64,000 nucleotides of DNA from Terriglobia bacterium. GTDB taxonomy: Bacteria > Acidobacteriota > Terriglobia > 20CM-2-55-15. Position numbers and translations under genes: made by a program. Where the stretch lies: the NCBI GenBank assembly GCA_965198225.1, contig CBDAOY010000009.1, positions 992,001-1,056,000 on the forward strand, written 5' to 3'. The notes under the pieces are model-generated. The model was given only the letters and a program-made list of their open reading frames with translations. It had not been told where the DNA came from and did no database searches. This document shows positions 29,658-40,431 of this stretch, in pieces (the first letter of the stretch is position 1; the number at the start of each line of letters is the position of its first letter).

Positions 29658-30794
29658 TCACTGGAAGCGGAACCGCCGCGCGCCAACCCAGCCTGTGATC
29701 GCGGCGAGTGCGAACATCGCCGCGAGGTGGGGCAGCGCGCTGGCCGGTCCCGCCTGGAAGCTGATCAGACGGTGCATGGCATCCATCGCCCACCCCGTCG
29801 GCAGAAGTTTCTGGAAGGTCTGCATCCATCCCGGCGTGATTTCGATCGGCCACCAGCACCCACCTAAAGCCGCCAGGACGTTCGCGCTGAGCACGCCGAT
29901 TCCGATAGCCTGTCCTTCGCTTCGCGCGAGGTTCCCCAGTAGCAATCCGAGCGACGCGCACACGGCGGCCCAGCCGGTCAGGACCGCGACGATCATCAGC
30001 AGGTCGGGTCCCCAGTCCATCCCGAATATCACGGTGCCGGCCACCATGGCGAACGCGATCTGAACCAGGCCGAGCGCCATCCGGCCACCCCACTTCCCGA
30101 GAACGATCTCGCCCCGGTCGATCGGAGTGGATGCCAGACGCCGAAGCAGGCCCTGTTTTCTCTCGATCACCAGTGTGACGGCTCCGCTCGTGAGCAGGAT
30201 GATCATCGTGAACATCACCATGGTTCCGGGAATTGCCTGCTCGAAACCAGTCGGAATCTCCTGTCGTTCACCCGCAGGGGCGACTTCCAGGGCGAGCATC
30301 CGAGGCATCTCCTCCAGCCGTTCGAAGGCAGCCGGTCCCGGCTCTTCACCAGAGTAATCAGTCGCAACGAGGTCGGCCAGGACGGTGTAGAGAGAGCGCC
30401 CCACCCGGATGTTGTCGTAGTCCTGCCCCAGCCCGGACTGACTGCGGGCAAAGCCCACCACGCCCTTCTCACCGGCCAAAGCCCGCGAGGTGAAGTCTTC
30501 GGGAATCGTCACTCGACGTCCGAACCGGTTGAACTCCTCGATTGTGTCGGGGCGGACGACTTCGTACTCCTGATCCTCGAGCCGACGGACGAATTGGTCG
30601 ACGAGGAAACCGGCGTTGTCGGGGGCCCACACGGCGATGCCTTCCGGTCCACTGGCACCGCTGAAACCGCCCGTCACCGTACCGATGAAGTAGAAAAAGA
30701 CGATCGGCATGATGAAGAGCCAGACGAAGGCCTCCCGTCCGCGTACCAGGTACTGAATGTCTTTGAGTGCGATGAAGCGGGCGTTCCTGGACAT
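29658..30794 (-). CDS. ABC-2 family permease
   Basis: N-terminal TM helix, extracytoplasmic domain, ERKQGLLRRL..TP, LGGCWWP and LPTGWA. Confidence 0.9.
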   Translation of the reverse strand: MSRNARFIALKDIQYLVRGREAFVWLFIMPIVFFYFIGTVTGGFSGASGPEGIAVWAPDNAGFLVDQFVRRLEDQEYEVVRPDTIEEFNRFGRRVTIPEDFTSRALAGEKGVVGFARSQSGLGQDYDNIRVGRSLYTVLADLVATDYSGEEPGPAAFERLEEMPRMLALEVAPAGERQEIPTGFEQAIPGTMVMFTMIILLTSGAVTLVIERKQGLLRRLASTPIDRGEIVLGKWGGRMALGLVQIAFAMVAGTVIFGMDWGPDLLMIVAVLTGWAAVCASLGLLLGNLARSEGQAIGIGVLSANVLAALGGCWWPIEITPGWMQTFQKLLPTGWAMDAMHRLISFQAGPASALPHLAAMFALAAITGWVGARRFRFQ

Positions 30795-30798
30795 TTGT

Positions 30799-32052
30799 TT
30801 ATGCTCCTGCGAACCCGCGAGCCAGTCGCCGGGCGCTCAGAACGAACAGCACCGTTCCAGCCCCGAACATTGTGAAAAACGTCGTGACCAGAACCCGAGG
30901 ATCCTGCCTTTCGAGGAGGATGTCCTTAAGCATTTCCAGCGCCATTCCGTTGGGCGTCCATGCCCCGAGGGTCGCCATCCATGCCGGCATGATCTCTGAT
31001 GGAAAGAAGCTGCCCCCGATCATCAGCAGGGGAAACACGACACTGTTGGTCAGTATCGAACCGGCCCTCTGGCTCGAAGCGTACAGCTGCAGCAGGACCA
31101 TCGCGACGAGGAAGACGGTCCCTGAGAACGCGGTCCACAGGACGGCAAGAGGCAGGTTCAGGAAGGAAAGCTCGAGGTACACCGTGCCCAGCGTGAGGAT
31201 CACGATCGTTACCGAAAGGATGATGGCCCCACCCGAGAGCAGCTTTCCTCCCAAGAGCGGCCCGATGCCCTCCGGCGTGCTCACCGCGCGGCGGAGGGTG
31301 CCCTGATCGCGCTCCCGCCAGACGTCTTCGCTCAATCCCTGCGCCATGAACAGGAGCGACATCACCATGATGCCCGGAAGAAAGAGGACGGCGAAGTTGA
31401 TCGCGGGACCCACGTCTTCGGTTTCGTCGACCGAGGTTTCCAGTTCCAGAACCGGCGGAAACAGATACGTTTCCAATCGAGTCATGGCCTGGTTTATGGA
31501 AACGCTGATGCGGGCGATCTCGGCGTCGTCGAAGGCGTTCCCGCCATCGGGAGGACCCGCGGCGATTTCTTCGATTTGGTCACCGAGAACCCGATGAAGG
31601 TAGAACGTGGCATCGGTCAGGATGCTCAGCGTCTCTTCGACGATACCCGGGAGTATCGTCTGGGCCGGGTTTGTCGTCAGCCGCAGGGTCGTAGGCTCCT
31701 CCTCCAGGACCGCATCCGCGAAGCCTTCCGGTATGACGAGAAGGGCGCTCCCGTCGCCGTCATCGATCCGCCGTCGACCTTCCTCCAGTTCAACCTGCTC
31801 CGCCTGGATCAGGCCCTCGGAGCCCCCGGCCTGCGTCAATGCGCTGAGCAGCAGGTTGCTCAGAAAGCTCTCATCCTGATCGACCACCAGCACGTGAGCC
31901 TGAGGCGCCGGTCCGTCCGTGCCGCCGGTTGCGAGCGTGATGAGGCTTCCGATAATCAGGGGAATGCCCATCCACAGCAGCAGGCCGACAGGATCGCGAA
32001 GCGCGCGTTGAAGGTCTTTCCGGGCGTTGTTCCGGACCTGCCGAATGATCAT
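30799..32052 (-). CDS. ABC-2 family permease
   Basis: KDLQRALRD, ERDQGTLRR and IGGSFFP..MPAW. Confidence 0.9.
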   Translation of the reverse strand: MIIRQVRNNARKDLQRALRDPVGLLLWMGIPLIIGSLITLATGGTDGPAPQAHVLVVDQDESFLSNLLLSALTQAGGSEGLIQAEQVELEEGRRRIDDGDGSALLVIPEGFADAVLEEEPTTLRLTTNPAQTILPGIVEETLSILTDATFYLHRVLGDQIEEIAAGPPDGGNAFDDAEIARISVSINQAMTRLETYLFPPVLELETSVDETEDVGPAINFAVLFLPGIMVMSLLFMAQGLSEDVWRERDQGTLRRAVSTPEGIGPLLGGKLLSGGAIILSVTIVILTLGTVYLELSFLNLPLAVLWTAFSGTVFLVAMVLLQLYASSQRAGSILTNSVVFPLLMIGGSFFPSEIMPAWMATLGAWTPNGMALEMLKDILLERQDPRVLVTTFFTMFGAGTVLFVLSARRLARGFAGA

Positions 32053-32978
32053 TCTCTCAACTCCTTGCCGGTGAGCTTGATGAAGAGGCTCTCCAGACTC
32101 GGTTGAGTGAGCGTGGTCTCCCTGATTTCCGCACCGTTCGTGGCCAGTGCCGCCAGAAGGTCCGGAAGTCTCCGAGAGGCGTTGACCGCCGCCAGCCGGA
32201 GACCCGACTCGTCGCTCTGGACGATCTCCACGCCGTCCATCCCGGCGATCGCCACACGGGACGTTTCGGGGTCGAATCGACCGTTGAGTCGAACGACATC
32301 CGTTTCCCCCAGCATTCCCCGAAGTTGTGCCAGGGTACCGGCCGCGATGATCTTGCCATGGTCGATGATGGCCAGCACGTCACACAGTTCCTCCGCCTCT
32401 TCCATGTAGTGCGTGGTATACAGGACACAAGTACCGTCGGCGACCTGCTCCCGAACGAGTTCCAGGAGCCGCACCCGCGACTGCGGGTCGACCCCGACGG
32501 TCGGCTCGTCCAGCAGGAGGACTTTCGGTCGGTGGACGATCCCGCAGGCCAGGTTGAGCCGACGCTTCATCCCGCCGCTGAACTGCTTGACGGGTTCCTT
32601 TGCACGGTCCAGTAGCCCCGTGGCTACGAGCACCTCCTGGATTCGGTCTTTGAGGTCGGAGCCGCGTAATCCATAGGCCGATCCCCAGTAGTTGAGGTTC
32701 TCTGTGGCGGAAAGGTCTTCGTAGAGAGCCAGTTCCTGCGGCACTACCCCCAATTGCTCGCGCGCCGCCCGCCGATCCAGGACGACATCGTGCCCGAGGA
32801 CGCTGACCTTACCGGAACTCGGTGCGAGCAGCCCTGAAATGCACCCGATCGCCGTCGACTTGCCGGCCCCGTTGGGGCCGAGCAAGCCGAAAATCTTCCC
32901 CTCTTCCGCGTCAAAGCTGACGTCGTCGACCGCAGCCAGGTCGCCGTATTGTTTGTGCAGGTGTTCGACTCTGATCAT
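32049..32978 (-). CDS. ABC transporter ATP-binding protein (DrrA/NodI type)
   Basis: GPNGAGKS, FSGGMKRR, LLLDEPT, TTHYMEE and SLESLF..LTG. Confidence 0.95.
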   Translation of the reverse strand: MIRVEHLHKQYGDLAAVDDVSFDAEEGKIFGLLGPNGAGKSTAIGCISGLLAPSSGKVSVLGHDVVLDRRAAREQLGVVPQELALYEDLSATENLNYWGSAYGLRGSDLKDRIQEVLVATGLLDRAKEPVKQFSGGMKRRLNLACGIVHRPKVLLLDEPTVGVDPQSRVRLLELVREQVADGTCVLYTTHYMEEAEELCDVLAIIDHGKIIAAGTLAQLRGMLGETDVVRLNGRFDPETSRVAIAGMDGVEIVQSDESGLRLAAVNASRRLPDLLAALATNGAEIRETTLTQPSLESLFIKLTGKELRE

Positions 32979-33090
32979 TGGGTTCCTCTAGCCAAGAGCA
33001 ATCAGCCCTCAGCTGTCGGCTATTTCCGAAACGGGACGATAGCCCCATCCGGTTGGGCTGAAAGCTGTAAGCTGATCGCTGACGGCCTCT

Positions 33091-33423
33091 CTACCGGGCA
33101 TCGCTGATGAGTCTTTCCAGGATGTCGGTGTGCGAGGCCACGGCCCGGCGGCCTTTCGCCGTCAGCGAGTACCAGCTGACTGGTTTGCGGTCCACGAAGG
33201 CCTTCTTCACCCGGACGTACCCGGCCTCTTCCATTTTTCGGAGGTGGGTTCCCAGACTGCCGTCCGTCTCGCGCAGCAGGTCTTTCAGCCGGCGGAACGA
33301 CAGCGCGTCATTGCGCGACAGCAGGACTCCGATGGCGAGCCGGACCCGGTGCTCCAGAAGCCGGTCCAGGTTTCCAAGGCTCTCCCAGCTGTTGCCGCCG
33401 GATTCATTCGGTGGCCGAGTCAA
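33091..33423 (-). CDS. Winged-helix transcriptional regulator (MarR-like, HTH_34 type)
   Basis: RLAIGVLL, LSF..LK.LL.ETDGSL..HL.KME.AGYV and Y.LT..GR. The true start may be a few codons downstream. Confidence 0.85.
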   Translation of the reverse strand: MTRPPNESGGNSWESLGNLDRLLEHRVRLAIGVLLSRNDALSFRRLKDLLRETDGSLGTHLRKMEEAGYVRVKKAFVDRKPVSWYSLTAKGRRAVASHTDILERLISDAR

Positions 33424-33973
33424 TCCGAGAACCTCCCGACAGGGCTATCGTCGTCAGGCCTCCGGCGACCAGCACGCCCACGATAGTCCATGCATAGGTT
33501 GAGACCAGAAGAACCGCGACGTAGCCGGCTCCCGTCAGAGCTCCGATCCACATCAGCCGAGTGTCGAAGTGGACACCGGCCAGGTAATACGCCAGGGCGG
33601 TCAGCAACAGAGCGACCGAGCCCAGTTCCCGTCCCGACAGCATGCCGAGAGGAACCATCATCGAGGCCAGCAGCATCGCGGCTGCGATCCCGAACCAGTG
33701 CAGCGCGTATCGAATGTCGAGACGCCGATGAATCTGCCCGATCCGTCTCGAGTTCCTGATACCGAGCACCATGCTTCCGATCATCCCTATGGGCACCGCC
33801 ACCAGCCAGAAGGTCCCGACCATCTCGGTGGCGAAATCAGCCATCGTGAATCCGATCAACACGATCACGGCCCACAGGATGTACGTCGCGGGTGGTACGA
33901 TCGATGATTCCGATTCGCGGACGACATCCCGGACGTAGCCCAGATCCGCCTGTAGTCGTTCGTTCACTTGCAT
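33404..33973 (-). CDS. Hypothetical six-TM membrane protein, first gene of the regulator/ABC operon
   Basis: SD AGGAGG, DLGYVRDV motif and about six hydrophobic segments. Confidence 0.8.
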   Translation of the reverse strand: MQVNERLQADLGYVRDVVRESESSIVPPATYILWAVIVLIGFTMADFATEMVGTFWLVAVPIGMIGSMVLGIRNSRRIGQIHRRLDIRYALHWFGIAAAMLLASMMVPLGMLSGRELGSVALLLTALAYYLAGVHFDTRLMWIGALTGAGYVAVLLVSTYAWTIVGVLVAGGLTTIALSGGSRIDSATE

Positions 33974-33989
33974 CTCGAATGCCTCCTAT

Positions 33990-34032
33990 CAGAGTACTCT
34001 GAATATTAAAGTACTCTGGATTTGGCTGTCAA
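33990..34032 (-). promoter_or_regulatory. Sigma-70 promoter with an overlapping 29-bp palindromic operator
   Basis: Minus strand TTGACA (34032-34027), 18-nt spacer, TAATAT (34008-34003). The near-palindrome CAGAGTACTCTGAATATTAAAGTACTCTG (33990-34018) covers the -10. Confidence 0.7.
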
Positions 34033-34176
34033 GGGTTTTGGTGAGCCACTCTTTCCGCGGCAGACTCGGCCGAGCCCCACGAATAGGTTGCAATTCGTCT
34101 CCGAAATGACTGGAATGTTTCGGACGAAATCGCCGGCTGGAATGTTTCCAGCGAAATCCCCGAGAGGAGACTGTCC

Positions 34177-35240
34177 ATGAAACCGAGCCAAAACGCTCTT
34201 CCAGATCCCGCACTCGGGGACGCCGACCCGCTGCTGCCTGGTCCTTCGTCCTGGCATTCACCCTGGCCCTGGCTGCCTGTGCGGCACCCGAACCGCCCCC
34301 CCCGCCGCCCGCCGAACCTACAGGGCCCTTGGTGGAGGCCGAGTACACGCTGGGCACCGACAACACTCACAACCGCTGGAGCAGTGCGATTCCGCCCGCG
34401 TTGACGGTGCCCTCCGGCGCCGTCATCGAGATCGAAACGAAGGAAGCGACCGACGGGCAACTCGCGCTCGATTCCGGGGTCGAAGCGATGACGAACATGG
34501 ATTTCGATCCGATTCATCCGCTCACGGGACCGATCTTCGTGGAAACCGCCGAACCGGGTGATGTGCTCGCGGTGACGTTCCATGAGATCGACGTCCTGGA
34601 TTGGGGTTGGACGGGTATCTCCCCCGGTTTCGGTTTCCTGGCCGACGAGTTTCCCGACGCCAAGCTGAAGACGTTCAGCTTTGAAGATGGCCAGACCCAT
34701 GTGCAGTTCAACGAGAACATCTCGATTCCGATGCGCCCGTTCCCCGGAGTCATCGGAGTCGCGCCCGCTACCGAGGAGGAACTGGTCACCATTCCACCAC
34801 GCGAGAACGGCGGAAACATGGACAATCGTTACCTCGGAGTCGGCACCACCGTCTACCTGCCGGTCCTGGTCGAAGGGGCGCTGCTTTCCATCGGCGACAC
34901 CCATGCCGCGCAGGGCGACGGGGAGGTCGGCGGCACGGGCGTCGAAGCCCCGATGCGAATCGTGCTCGAGGTCGAAGTGCGGAAGGGTGGTCGGGTCCTG
35001 GCAGAGCCCGAGTACGAGACCGACGAGTATTACGCGGTGACCGGCTTTGGCGAAACGATCGATGAGGCCGCACGAAAAGCGACACGCTTCATGATCGAAT
35101 ACCTCGTTTCGGAAAGGGGGTTGTCCCGCGAGGACGCGTATATGCTGTGCTCGCTGGCGGGAGACCTGAAGATTTCAGAAGCCGTAGACATGCCTCACTA
35201 TCTCGTGAGCATGCATATGCCGAAGGGGATTTTTAATTAG
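34177..35240 (+). CDS. Acetamidase/formamidase-family protein, probable lipoprotein (1-nt frameshift just after the ATG)
   Basis: HPLTGPI.V..AEPGD, PFPG.IG, GGNMD, GDTHAAQGDGE and AY.LCS. SD GAGGAG before ATG 34177. One extra A joins the ATG to the frame ...RRPAAAWSFVLAFTLALAAC, which continues into ORF 34329. Confidence 0.85.
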
Positions 35241-35420
35241 TAGTCAGTTGCGTCAGTTGCCAGTAGTCAGTTGTCAGTTGAAGACGGTGGCCGGAAGTTG
35301 ATGGCTGATGGCCAATTGACGGCCGGGCGTGACTGCTGGCCATGAGCTATAACCGACCGATTAGCCGTCACCTGCCACAATAACGGCCTACGGATAACGG
35401 CCTACGACCCGATCTACTGA

Positions 35421-38093
35421 TTACTGATTACTATCCAGCACTTCCCGCATCTTGCCTGCAAGGGCTTCCTGGCTGAACGGTTTCTGCAAGTATCCCATTT
35501 CAGCGCCGGATACGCCGTGTCGGGCGATGAACTCTCCGGGGTAGCCGGACATGTAGAGCACCTTGAGATCGGGTTTGATCTTCCGGAGTCTCTTGGCCAG
35601 TTCCGGCCCGCTCAGTTTGGGCATGATTACATCCGTCAGGAGAAGGTCGATCGAACCGGTGCGGTCCTTCGTGACACGGATCGCTTCGGCGACGTCCGCC
35701 GCCTCGACGACTTGATAGCCGCTGATTTCCAGGAACTTTCGAGTCAGCCGACGGACGGACGGTTCGTCCTCGACGATAAGGACGGTCTCTCTGCCCGACA
35801 AGGCCCGAACCTGCTGGGCCGCGGGGTTCATCTTTGGGCGCGGGGCGGCATGCAACGGCAGGTAGATACTGAAGACCGTACCCTTGCCGGATTCGCTATC
35901 GACGAAAATATGGCCCTGGCTCTGCTTGATGATCCCGTAGACGGTGGCCAGTCCCAGCCCGGTCCCGGTGCCGGCCGCCTTGGTCGTAAAGAACGGTTCG
36001 AAGATCTGCGGCAGGGTGTCCTCGTCCATGCCTTGACCGACGTCCTTAACCGCGAGCAGGACGTAGTCTCCCGCCGTCAAGGGAGGATGCTGCGCGGCTC
36101 GGCCTGGCTCCAGCCTGAAGTTCGAAGTCTGGATGGTCAGAGTGCCGCCATCCGGCATGGCGTCGGCGGCGTTGATGACGAGGTTCGTGATGACCTGTTC
36201 GATAGAACCGCGATCGGCCTTGACGAAACCCAACTCCGGCTCCAGCACGGTCTGCAATTCGACATGCGCGCCGATCAGCCGGCGCAGCATCTTTTCCATC
36301 TCCACGACGACCGCGTTCAGATCCAGCAGGACCGGATCCAGCATCTCTCGGCGACTGAACGTCAACAGCTGCATCGTCAGCCGACTTGCTCGCTGAACGG
36401 CCTTGAAGACTTCCTCAGACATCTCTCGTTCTTCGCTGCCGGGTGTGAGTGCGGACTGCAGCAGGGTGGTGTAACCCTGGATTGCCGTCAGCAGGTTGTT
36501 GAAGTCGTGAGCGATACCACCGGCCAGTCGTCCCACGGTTTCCATCTTTTGAGACTGCCGAAGTTGGTCTTCCAGCGCCCTGCGGCTGCTGATGTCGCGG
36601 ATGAAACTCTGGAATATCTGGTTGCCCTGGTAGTTGACCAGCCTGGCATTGGTTTCAACCGGCATTCTCCTCCCCGTCTTCGTGAGTCCATCGACTTCGA
36701 ACAGCGCCCCGCCCTGGGACTCGGACGACAGGAGCGCCACTTCGATACGGGCTTTCTGGTCGGCCGGGTGAAGGTCGAATATCGTCATCTCGGTCAGTTC
36801 CTCCGCCGAGTAACCGACCAACTGCTGGGCCTTTTCGTTGGCGTCGAGAAGACGTCCGTTTTCCGGCTCGAACAGGACGACCGCATCGGAAGCGTTTTCG
36901 AACAGGTTTCGGTAGTGTTCCTCCGAGCGGCGCAGCGCCTCCTGGGCGAGCTTGCGTTCATTGATGTCGGTGATCGTGCCGATCATCCGCACGGCGTTGC
37001 CGTCGGAGTCCCGCTCCGTCACCCGGCCCCGCACGGCAACCCATTTCCATGTTCCGGCCCCCGTTCGCAGGCGATACTCGGATTCATATGCCGTCGTTCT
37101 CCCGTCGACGTGTGTATCGAGTTCTACCTGCCGTCTAGTGTCGTCGTCGGGATGGATCCGATCCAGCCACGTCCGCATGTGCGCACTCCGGACACCCTCG
37201 GTGCCCGATGTCTCGCCGAATATTTCGCTCATTCGCTGGCTGAAGACGACCCGCCCGGTCTTTACACTCCAATCCCAAAGGCCGTCCGAGGCCGCTTCCA
37301 GCGCGTAGCGAAGACGTTCCTCACTGCGGCGCAGCGCCCCGACCGCTCGCTGACGTTCAGACAGGAGGCTGGCCAGGCACCGCAGCTCATCGGCGCCGGA
37401 AGAATCCTGACCCAGTTCCAGAGAGAGTCGTCCGTCGAAAAACCGACCGGAGACGCCTCGCAGTCGGAGCCTGATCTCTTGGGGTGACCGACGGAGGTTT
37501 GCCAGAAGCTCCCGGTCCGGGAACCGATTGTTGCCTTTCGCAAACAACGAGGAAATGTGATTGCCGAGCAACTCGGCCTTGGAGCGCCCGAAAAGCTGTT
37601 CTGCTTCCGGGCTCCAGGCGGTGACGTTGCCCTTGAGATCGATCGCAAACGGCGCGTCGATCAGCCGGAGGGAGGTCGCGTGTCTGGCCGCTCGCGAAGA
37701 AATCTGTCCGATCGTTTCGATTGTGACCATGGCCGCGGCGGGTGGGACTGAGAAGGGTCGTATCCACAACGAAACGGATCGCCTTTCGCCGTCGGAGAGG
37801 TCGAGCTTATGGCTGGCGGCGTCCCCTCGAAGCGTTGCTCTGAGAGATTCCGAAAGAGCGTCGAGGCCGGCGCGGTCGATTTCCAGGTTCGCTTCACACC
37901 ACGCGTCGAAGTCGGAACCGACCGATTCGGTGCCGGGTTCCCATTCAATCCAGCGTTGGTTGACCAGGACGATTCTTCGCGTTTCGTCCAGCAGGGCGAC
38001 AGGATAAGTGAAGGCGTCGACGGTCGCCCTGATAATCGGCGCGGCGCCTTCCCACATACCCGTCTCTAGCTGTTGCTGTGGGCCCTTCTGCAT
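35421..38093 (-). CDS. Cytoplasmic multi-PAS hybrid histidine kinase/response regulator (CckA-like)
   Basis: Three to four PAS domains, [43 protein letters not shown] and a C-terminal REC ([18 protein letters not shown]). Confidence 0.93.
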   Translation of the reverse strand: MQKGPQQQLETGMWEGAAPIIRATVDAFTYPVALLDETRRIVLVNQRWIEWEPGTESVGSDFDAWCEANLEIDRAGLDALSESLRATLRGDAASHKLDLSDGERRSVSLWIRPFSVPPAAAMVTIETIGQISSRAARHATSLRLIDAPFAIDLKGNVTAWSPEAEQLFGRSKAELLGNHISSLFAKGNNRFPDRELLANLRRSPQEIRLRLRGVSGRFFDGRLSLELGQDSSGADELRCLASLLSERQRAVGALRRSEERLRYALEAASDGLWDWSVKTGRVVFSQRMSEIFGETSGTEGVRSAHMRTWLDRIHPDDDTRRQVELDTHVDGRTTAYESEYRLRTGAGTWKWVAVRGRVTERDSDGNAVRMIGTITDINERKLAQEALRRSEEHYRNLFENASDAVVLFEPENGRLLDANEKAQQLVGYSAEELTEMTIFDLHPADQKARIEVALLSSESQGGALFEVDGLTKTGRRMPVETNARLVNYQGNQIFQSFIRDISSRRALEDQLRQSQKMETVGRLAGGIAHDFNNLLTAIQGYTTLLQSALTPGSEEREMSEEVFKAVQRASRLTMQLLTFSRREMLDPVLLDLNAVVVEMEKMLRRLIGAHVELQTVLEPELGFVKADRGSIEQVITNLVINAADAMPDGGTLTIQTSNFRLEPGRAAQHPPLTAGDYVLLAVKDVGQGMDEDTLPQIFEPFFTTKAAGTGTGLGLATVYGIIKQSQGHIFVDSESGKGTVFSIYLPLHAAPRPKMNPAAQQVRALSGRETVLIVEDEPSVRRLTRKFLEISGYQVVEAADVAEAIRVTKDRTGSIDLLLTDVIMPKLSGPELAKRLRKIKPDLKVLYMSGYPGEFIARHGVSGAEMGYLQKPFSQEALAGKMREVLDSNQ

Positions 38094-38391
38094 TGTGATA
38101 GAGATGTATCTGCGGTGTTCGACGCCGTTCGAAGGTCGGGCTGGACCCTTGCTCGAGGAGGCAAGTCGAGAGGACCGTCGCGCGTAAAATTTGCGCAGGC
38201 TCGCATCCTATTCGAGAAAGCCTTTCGATGGGGCCGATGGGGCGGTTGATGTTTTCAACAAAAAAGCGCCTTGATGTGACTTTGGTGAGTGCGCGATGCG
38301 CGAGGTGCGTCCTGGCTCACTTTGCGCGAGTGAGAATCTAATTCGATCAATAGCTCTATTAACACTACTGAGGCCAAGATTCGGCCGAGAT

Positions 38392-40257
38392 TTACTGAGG
38401 CCACGATTGGCCGAGCCAGGATTCGTAAGCTTCTTGCTGGGCCTCGGTGGGATTCTCGATTCTCCGGAGCTTCCACCGGCCGTCCGGTTTGCCCCCCAGG
38501 CTGAACTCGATGGTCCGCAGTCGGCCGTAGCGGAACAGATGCAGCGTCATGCTGTCGTCGGGTTCGAGCTTCCCGATCTCTTCGCCGAATTGCACGGCCG
38601 ACAGCTTCTTTCCGTTGACCGCGACTATCTCGTCGTCGTAGAGAACACCGGCCGAATAGGCAGGTCCGTCGGAAAGGACTGATTGAACGACCAACGACCC
38701 TTCGCGGTCGCTGACGCTGAGACCGGCATAGGCCTTCTCAGGGACCGCATTGTCGGCCTCCTCGTCACTCTCGGGCTCGAACACGAGCTCCAAACCAAAC
38801 ACACCGACCGATGCCTCCAGGGGGTAGGGTTCGGTTCCCCGGATGTATGAGGCGAAGAACGGATCGAAACTGGAGTTGGAAATCTGGTCGAAGGCCGCGA
38901 TCATATCCTCCGGCGTAAAACCCGTTCCCGACAGCGGAAACCGCTCATAGAGCCGCCGCATCACCGTATCGAGCGACGAGCGGTTTGCCGTCCGATTGCG
39001 GATCTCGGCGTCGAGCAACAGGCTCGCCATGGCCCCTCCGTTGTAGAAGGAAACGGTGGAGTTGACCGAGTCGGGAGTAGGCCTGTTGTACTTGACCCAG
39101 GCGTCGAAAGAGGACTGCTCCAGACTCTGGACCGCAGCGCCGGGCCGGTTTCGGAGCGCATCGATGGTACCCGACATGGTGTCCAGGTAATCTTCGGGAG
39201 TGATCGCGCCGATCCGCGCCAGCGTGATGTCGTCGTAGTAGCTGGTCGTACCTTCCGACACCCACAGCAGTTTCGTATAGTTCTCCTTCGCGTAGTCGTA
39301 CGGGTTGATCCCGGCCGGCCGAAGTTGCTTGACGTTCCAGGTGTGGAACATCTCGTGCGACACGAGGCCCAGGAAGCGCTGGTAGGCTTCGTCGCTCTCG
39401 AAGGATGCGCGAGAGGTCTGCATGATAGTGGAGTTCAGGTGCTCGGTCCCTCCCCCGGCGTTGGCGCCGACGTGGAGCAGAAAGACATACCGGTCGTACG
39501 GCATTCCGCCGAATACGGCCGCCTGTTCTTCGACGATCTTCGCAAAATCCGACTTCAGCGTATCCGCATCGTAGTCGGCGTCTCCCCAGATCACGATCTC
39601 GTGAGGTTTGCCTCCGACCTCGAAGGTCAGGACCTCGTGGACGCCGATTTCGAAAGGAGAATCGATGAGGACGTGGTAATTGGGCGAGATCCGCACTCTC
39701 GGATCCGGGCCGAGAGGCTCCAGCCCGGTAGCAACCTTCCAGTCGGCGGGGGCATCGACGTGTACGAGGATTTCGTCTGCCTTGCGGTCCGGGACGTAGA
39801 AGAACACCATTGATCCCGAGAGAAACGCATGAGTGTCGTCGACGTGGCGAGTTCTGTCGCCGAGGGAGTTGGCGTAGATCCGGTATTGAACCTCGACCTC
39901 GCTCGCGTCACCCGTCGTGATCCGCCAGGTCGTCTTGTCGATCTTTTCGATCGGTAACGAATCCCCGTTCACGGCGTTGGCCCCGACGCCGCGAATAGTT
40001 CCGACCGGATCGATCAGGGCGTACCGACCCGGTCGCCACACGGGCAGCGCTACTTCCAGCGTCGGACGGTCGACGTCGCGGATGAGCATCGTCATTTCGA
40101 CCATCTGTGTCTGAGGCGACGGCAGTGAAATCGTGTATTCGATCGGTCGCATCTGCGCGTTGAGCGCCCCGACCGACGAAAGCAAAACGATCAGTACCGA
40201 CAGGGCGGTCGGCTTCGAGACGGTGCGAGCAGTTCGGTACAACGTCCGATAGGACAT
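38392..40257 (-). CDS. M61 glycyl aminopeptidase with C-terminal PDZ
   Basis: PVWRPGRY, GGTEHLNS, SHEMFHTWN, LWVSEGTTSYY and SFYNGG, then PDZ. Start at MSYRTL after GAGGAG. Confidence 0.92.
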   Translation of the reverse strand: MSYRTLYRTARTVSKPTALSVLIVLLSSVGALNAQMRPIEYTISLPSPQTQMVEMTMLIRDVDRPTLEVALPVWRPGRYALIDPVGTIRGVGANAVNGDSLPIEKIDKTTWRITTGDASEVEVQYRIYANSLGDRTRHVDDTHAFLSGSMVFFYVPDRKADEILVHVDAPADWKVATGLEPLGPDPRVRISPNYHVLIDSPFEIGVHEVLTFEVGGKPHEIVIWGDADYDADTLKSDFAKIVEEQAAVFGGMPYDRYVFLLHVGANAGGGTEHLNSTIMQTSRASFESDEAYQRFLGLVSHEMFHTWNVKQLRPAGINPYDYAKENYTKLLWVSEGTTSYYDDITLARIGAITPEDYLDTMSGTIDALRNRPGAAVQSLEQSSFDAWVKYNRPTPDSVNSTVSFYNGGAMASLLLDAEIRNRTANRSSLDTVMRRLYERFPLSGTGFTPEDMIAAFDQISNSSFDPFFASYIRGTEPYPLEASVGVFGLELVFEPESDEEADNAVPEKAYAGLSVSDREGSLVVQSVLSDGPAYSAGVLYDDEIVAVNGKKLSAVQFGEEIGKLEPDDSMTLHLFRYGRLRTIEFSLGGKPDGRWKLRRIENPTEAQQEAYESWLGQSWPQ

Positions 40258-40337
40258 GACAGACTTCTCCTCTTCGATAGCTGACGTTTGCCATATTCTG
40301 GGCGAGGACGTGTCGCTTTTCAACGGCAGGTTCTTCC

Positions 40338-40430
40338 GAGTTGCAGGTTGCGGAGTGGAGATTGCTTCAAGTTAAAGTCGTTTTCGTCCAAATTCAAAAC
40401 TGAGCAATTTCGAATTTCCAATCTCCAATG
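40338..40430. repeat. Degenerate AT-rich repeat (ATTGCTTCA...TGAGCAATTT...TCCAATG), also at about 26845-26985
   Basis: Both intergenic regions share the same ordered motifs. Poorly conserved. Confidence 0.35.
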
Positions 40431-40431
40431 G

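Noticed and set aside
35517-37487. 656-aa plus-strand ORF
   Set aside because: Antisense to the well-supported hybrid kinase.
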